DNA of 63,915 nt, filler included, from Dehalococcoidia bacterium (GTDB lineage: Bacteria > Chloroflexota > Dehalococcoidia > DSTF01 > JACRBR01): assembly GCA_041494685.1 (NCBI GenBank). It is 7 parts of 7 records of this genome, joined end to end, with 100 filler letters (N's around TTAATTAATTAA, not from the genome) between each part and the next. Parts side by side here need not be neighbours in the genome. Positions count along the whole stretch, not along the records: positions 52,160 to 60,518 come from JBGQBE010000071.1; positions 60,619 to 63,915 come from JBGQBE010000078.1; 5 more parts are not named here. One strand, 5' to 3'. Below, in pieces: positions 60,033 through 63,915 of this stretch. A program made the translations under genes and the position numbers. Position 1 is the first letter of the stretch; every line of letters starts with the position of its first letter. The notes beneath the pieces are model-generated. The model saw only the letters and a program-made list of their open reading frames with translations. It was not told where the DNA came from and made no database searches.

Positions 60033-60153
60033 GCTGTGTCGCCTGGCTGCTGGTGGCTGGCCGCTGGTGGGATCTTAGGCGAAGCGCCGGATGCGGGCCA
60101 CCGCTTGGCGCCGCGCCGCAAGGCGCAGGATGATTCGTGCTGGAGACCAGCAC

Positions 60154-60372
60154 ATGCCGAAGGCACCCAAGCTACTCGCCAAGGCTATCGCCAGGAACAA
60201 CAATCTGCGCTTCGCCGAATTGGCCGCGCTTGCCGAGGCGTTCGGTTTCGAGCTGGATCGCGTCAGCGGGAGCCATCACATCTACGTGCACCGCGGCGCA
60301 GGTGCCGTGCTCAACCTCCAGCCCATCGACGGCAACGCGAAGCCCTACCAGGCCGTCAACCCCTTTCAATGA
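60154..60372 (+). CDS. hicA: HicA-family toxin, probable 3' frameshift
   Basis: LRFAEL, FGF, GSHHIY, LNLQP, AKPYQ; the expected C-terminal helix RQPLSMIELHNL is in another frame. Confidence 0.85.
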   Translation: MPKAPKLLAKAIARNNNLRFAELAALAEAFGFELDRVSGSHHIYVHRGAGAVLNLQPIDGNAKPYQAVNPFQ

Positions 60373-60405
60373 TTGAGCTACATAATCTAGAACCAGGGCA
60401 CCCAC

Positions 60406-60518
60406 ATGAAGCGCGACTACCACATCAACGTCTTCTACAGCGCCGAGGATCGCGGCTACATCGCCGATATCCCCGACCTGGTCTCCTGTTCGGCCTTCGG
60501 CAAGACGGCCGAGGAAGC
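60406..60518 (+). CDS. hicB: HicB-family antitoxin (truncated by contig end)
   Basis: MKRDYHINVFYSAEDRGYIADIPDLVSCSAFGKTAEEA. Confidence 0.9.
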
Positions 60519-60618
60519 NNNNNNNNNNNNNNNNNNNNNNNNNNNNNNNNNNNNNNNNNNNNTTAATTAATTAANNNNNNNNNNNNNNNNNNNNNNNNNN
60601 NNNNNNNNNNNNNNNNNN
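60519..60618. other. Artificial contig linker
   Basis: N-run + TTAATTAATTAA + N-run. Confidence 0.99.
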
Positions 60619-60619
60619 A

Positions 60620-60860
60620 ATACGACAGCCCTCCGTCCAACAGGGACGGAGGGCTGTAAGCTCCGCGGTACCACCCTGATTCCCCGCCGGGGCGGGGCAT
60701 CTCGGTTGCGGCTGTAACGGGCGCACCCGTCGGCGGCTAGGCCGGGAAAGGCATCACCGCCGCCGCTCACCGGCGAGTTCCGCGCTGGTTGCCGGCTTGC
60801 ACCGCCCCGGCTCGCTGCGTCGCGCGCGTACTGCTCCGGATCGAAGCGTTTCGATTCGTG
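60620..60860 (-). promoter_or_regulatory. T-box riboswitch, leucine specifier (CUC)
   Basis: TATAAT at 60866-60871; stem I with AGTA, GCGAG/GGTGCAA loops and GAA-CTC specifier (60775-60777); T-box AGGGTGGTACCGCG; terminator acagccctccgtcc/ggacggagggctgt. Confidence 0.92.
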
Positions 60861-61026
60861 CCGGAATTATATGTGATCGGAGACAAGGCGCGGCAAGCAG
60901 GGAATTCCCGCATAGGGTCGGGCGCTCGGCGACGGACGAGGGACACGGAGGAGGCGCCACGCAGCGGCGCTCCGGCCGGCCGGGGCAGCCATCTCCCCCG
61001 ACGGCTACTAGACGCCGCTCGTGACC

Positions 61027-62286
61027 TCAGAGCTCGCGGATGCGGCGGGTGCCGACGCCGGCGAACAGCGCGCAGACCATCGCCGCGGCCGTGAAGAGCG
61101 CGATGGCGTGCGGCGTCCCCAGCACCTCCGCAAGCGCTCCGAGGAACAGGCTGCCGAACGGGTTCAGCCCCTGCACCATCGTAAAGAGCGACAGCACGCG
61201 GGCGCGGTACTCGTCGTCGAGGTTGAGTTGCAGCAGGCTCTGGTTGAACGTGCTGAACACGACCAGGTTCATGCCGCCGACGACCAGCAGACCGAACGAC
61301 AGGGCGAAGTCGCGGGAGAACGAGAAGGCGAAGATGGTCAGGATGTACGCCATCAACGCCAGGCACATGACGCGGCCCTTGTTGGGCGCGCTCGAGAAGC
61401 CGGCGACGACGAGCGTCATCACGATCGAGCCGACGCCCACCCCGGTCTGGAGGAAGCCGAAGCCGCGCGGACCGACGTGCAGGTAGTCGGCGGCCATGGA
61501 TGGCATCAGCTGCAGGTATGGGTACACGAGCAGCGTCGGCACGGCCTGCAGCAGCACGATGCGGCTGAGGACGGGATCGCTGCGCAGGAACGAGACGCCG
61601 AGCCGCATGCTCCGCAGGATCGACTCCGTGCCGCGACGCTCGACCTGGCGCAGTCGGAGCTGGAAGAGCGTGAGGCAGGCGGCGCCGAAGAACATCGCCT
61701 CCGCGAAGAACGATGACTCGACGCCGAAGAAGCCAATCATCGCACCGCTGACGTTCGGCGCGACGACGCGCGCCATGTTGTTGGCGCCGGCGTTGAGGGC
61801 GATCGCGTTGGTCAGCGACTCGGGACCGACGGAGCTGTACACCAGGTACTGGCGCACGGGGTTGTACGTGCTGCTGGCAAGCCCGCCGATGAACGCCGTC
61901 ACGTACAGGTGCCAAAGTTCGATGCCGCCCGTGGCGACGAGCACGCCCACGGCGAGCGCGTTGCCGGCGTTCACGGCGGTGGCGATGCCGGCGAGCTTCT
62001 TCTGGTCGACGCGCTCGGCGACGGCGCCGACGACCGGCGACGCGAAAAGGATGCTGAACCCGCGCAGGAACTGGACGAGACCAAGCTGGAACGGCGAATG
62101 GGTCAGCTCGTGCACGAGCCAGCCCTGGCCGATCTGCTCCATCCACTGGCCGAAGCCGGTCGCCAGCGATCCCGCTATGAGTACGCGGAAGTTGGCGATC
62201 GCCAGGGACGCGAAGGCGCCGCCGCGATGCGCGGCTGACGCGGCATCCTCATCGGCGGAATCCTTATTGGTAACAGGCAATGACAT
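61027..62286 (-). CDS. MFS transporter (DHA3/YfiS-like)
   Basis: About 12 TM; GQWMEQIGQGWLVHELTHSP, GAVAERVD, NAIALN, YRARVLS. Confidence 0.92.
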   Translation of the reverse strand: MSLPVTNKDSADEDAASAAHRGGAFASLAIANFRVLIAGSLATGFGQWMEQIGQGWLVHELTHSPFQLGLVQFLRGFSILFASPVVGAVAERVDQKKLAGIATAVNAGNALAVGVLVATGGIELWHLYVTAFIGGLASSTYNPVRQYLVYSSVGPESLTNAIALNAGANNMARVVAPNVSGAMIGFFGVESSFFAEAMFFGAACLTLFQLRLRQVERRGTESILRSMRLGVSFLRSDPVLSRIVLLQAVPTLLVYPYLQLMPSMAADYLHVGPRGFGFLQTGVGVGSIVMTLVVAGFSSAPNKGRVMCLALMAYILTIFAFSFSRDFALSFGLLVVGGMNLVVFSTFNQSLLQLNLDDEYRARVLSLFTMVQGLNPFGSLFLGALAEVLGTPHAIALFTAAAMVCALFAGVGTRRIREL

Positions 62287-62518
62287 GGCGTGCGGCATCG
62301 TAGCGCCTGCGCCCGCAGGCGGCTACGCGGGGCGGTGCCTGATGCCCGGCGCCAGCTACGGACATGGACGAAGGGGAGACTCTACCGAAACCGTTTTGAG
62401 ACGCGAATGCGCTCGGGATAAGACTGCGTAAGTGGCCCGACACAGTCCGAATGGCGGTTGCGGCGCCGTTGAGACGGGTGTCTAATCTCACTGAGGCTTC
62501 GCATCGCTGGAGCGGTAC

Positions 62519-63915
62519 ATGCGCGCTGCGTCTTCCGCCATCGCCCTGATCGCGCTGGCCATGCTCGGACCGTACGGCATCGCTAATGGCGCAGCGGCTG
62601 CGTCCGGTGCCGTTGCATTCTCGCCGAGCGTGTCCGTCGCCATCTCCGACGACGCGCCCGGCAGTCACCCTGACATCACGACGACGATCGAGGCGAGCAC
62701 GGGCGCGTTCCTGTCAACGGTGCGCGTGCTGACGCCGGCCGGCGGTGGCATCGCGAGCGACGGCGACATCTACGACAACGTCGGCGTCGGCTGGATCACC
62801 GGTTTCACGACGATCCCGGCGGGAGACGGCACTTGCTCACAGCGGTACACGTTCGAGGTGCCGCTCGAGAAGGAGACGGCCGACGCGCGCGGCTTCCCTC
62901 CGTTCCTGCAGCAACTCGCGCCCGGGCCGCACCGCATCCGGTTTGCCGCCGACGTTGCCGGCACGCCGGTGAACATCATCGTGGACGATGTGCAGGTCGG
63001 CGGCGAAGCGCGGCTACAGACCACGACCTACATCGGCGACCCGGCGCACCTGGCGCCGAACTGCGCGCCGTATCGCTCGCGTGTCATCCTCGACGGCACG
63101 GCTGGCACGTTCCCACCGATCACGACGGCGCCGCCAACGCCCGGCCCGCGCGTCTATGACTTCACGCTCACGTCACGCGATGGCCAGATCGTCGAGCGAA
63201 CCGTGACGGCTGCTGTACAGCCCGGACTGCGACCCGGTCTCGACGGCGACGCACTGCGATGGGACGCCGTGCCGGGCGTGGCGACGTACAAAACGCGAGG
63301 AGACATCTTCTACGCCACAGACTGCGAACTCACACGCAGGCTGGTGATCCGGCAGGACAGCCGCCGCTTCTTTACGCAGGCCGGGGGAGATGCGACGAGC
63401 GTGCCGCTTCCCGCCTCACCGGGACCGGAGTACGAGGTCGTCGGCTCGACGGCCGACGTGAGCGCGTACGACGCCGAGGGCGTGCTGCTGGCACGCGAGC
63501 CGCTGCGGTACACGCGGGACTTCGCGTCGTGCTGGTACGCGCCCGGACAGGAGCCCTTGCTGTCTGTCGAACCGGAGTCGGGCGGATGCACCGGCTCGGT
63601 CACCTTCCGCGGCAGCCGCTTCCCGGCCGGCGTCAATGCCGAGATCACCATGCCGCCCTATGGCGGGGACGCGCCGGGCGAGCGAGTCGCCGTGGCGCCA
63701 GTCGCGCCTGACGGCACATTCTCGGTGGCGACGGCGCTGCCCGAGCGCTCGTGCTACATCGCCTCGTTCTATCCCGACGGACGCATGGTCTTCTTCGCGT
63801 ACAACGCCGACGAACCGAAGGGGCTGACGGTTTTCGCGGGTGCGCGCTATACCGCCGCCGTCCCGCCGGGCGCCAGGGTGACGGCCGCGCCAAACACGGG
63901 CTCGGGGCCCGTCCG
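62519..63915 (+). CDS. Secreted protein with putative sortase-type motif (3' end outside window)
   Basis: GGAG RBS; signal peptide MRAASSAIALIALAML; frame appears open to the window end; APNTG at 63887-63901. Not in the ORF track because there is no stop. Confidence 0.75.
   Translation, partial: MRAASSAIALIALAMLGPYGIANGAAAASGAVAFSPSVSVAISDDAPGSHPDITTTIEASTGAFLSTVRVLTPAGGGIASDGDIYDNVGVGWITGFTTIPAGDGTCSQRYTFEVPLEKETADARGFPPFLQQLAPGPHRIRFAADVAGTPVNIIVDDVQVGGEARLQTTTYIGDPAHLAPNCAPYRSRVILDGTAGTFPPITTAPPTPGPRVYDFTLTSRDGQIVERTVTAAVQPGLRPGLDGDALRWDAVPGVATYKTRGDIFYATDCELTRRLVIRQDSRRFFTQAGGDATSVPLPASPGPEYEVVGSTADVSAYDAEGVLLAREPLRYTRDFASCWYAPGQEPLLSVEPESGGCTGSVTFRGSRFPAGVNAEITMPPYGGDAPGERVAVAPVAPDGTFSVATALPERSCYIASFYPDGRMVFFAYNADEPKGLTVFAGARYTAAVPPGARVTAAPNTGSGPV

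Noticed and set aside
10962..60618. Six repeated TTAATTAATTAA motifs in N-runs and ORFs ending in X-runs
   Set aside because: Artificial six-frame-stop contig linkers, not biological repeats.
55171..60860. Leu T-box appearing upstream of leuB on the same strand
   Set aside because: Separated by a contig linker and several unrelated genes, so adjacency is an artefact.

Overview
High-GC bacterial DNA made of seven unrelated contigs, joined by artificial 100-nt N/TTAATTAATTAA/N linkers (10962-11061, 21996-22095, 32384-32483, 42515-42614, 52060-52159, 60519-60618). Adjacency across linkers is therefore meaningless. Gene content suggests a Chloroflexota (Dehalococcoidia-like) MAG; this is an inference from F420 genes, MutS2, a T-box, a GAAC-N4-GTTC-type SOS box, the DinB-family expansion, Flp pilins and an xPxTG sorting motif. 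Contig 1: uvrA, a small secreted-protein/LuxR islet, a KamB/NpmA-type 16S rRNA m1A1408 methyltransferase directly downstream of infC(AUA start)-rpmI-rplT, and biotin carboxylase/BCCP. Contig 2: def, cca, yajC-secD-secF, an HDAC-family deacetylase, and a three-gene islet bounded by a tRNA-Pro 5' half and a decayed tRNA-Pro. Contig 3: an ethylmalonyl-CoA-pathway-like cluster (mutase, mch, mcd, mcl, an atypical SucCD-family ligase, ferredoxin) interrupted by a PIN toxin-antitoxin pair, an AbiGi-like gene and a direct-repeat-flanked HEPN-like gene. Contig 4: mutS2, cofD-cofC-nitroreductase, meaB/B12-binding subunit/epimerase, an HD-GYP protein, tRNA-Val and a tandem Flp pilin array with a duplicated, highly structured leader of unknown type. 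Contig 5: PAS-GGDEF-GAF-HD-GYP, secreted proteins, an ABC exporter and the left end of an IS481. Contig 6: a PHP metallohydrolase, RAYT with REPs, leuB, a HisJ-type phosphatase and hicAB. Contig 7: a Leu T-box, an MFS transporter and a putative sortase-anchored protein. The best novelty candidates are the pilin leader RNA, the atypical CoA ligase in the C5-dicarboxylate cluster, the m1A1408 methyltransferase context and the tRNA-Pro islet. All calls come from reading motifs by eye; no searches were run.
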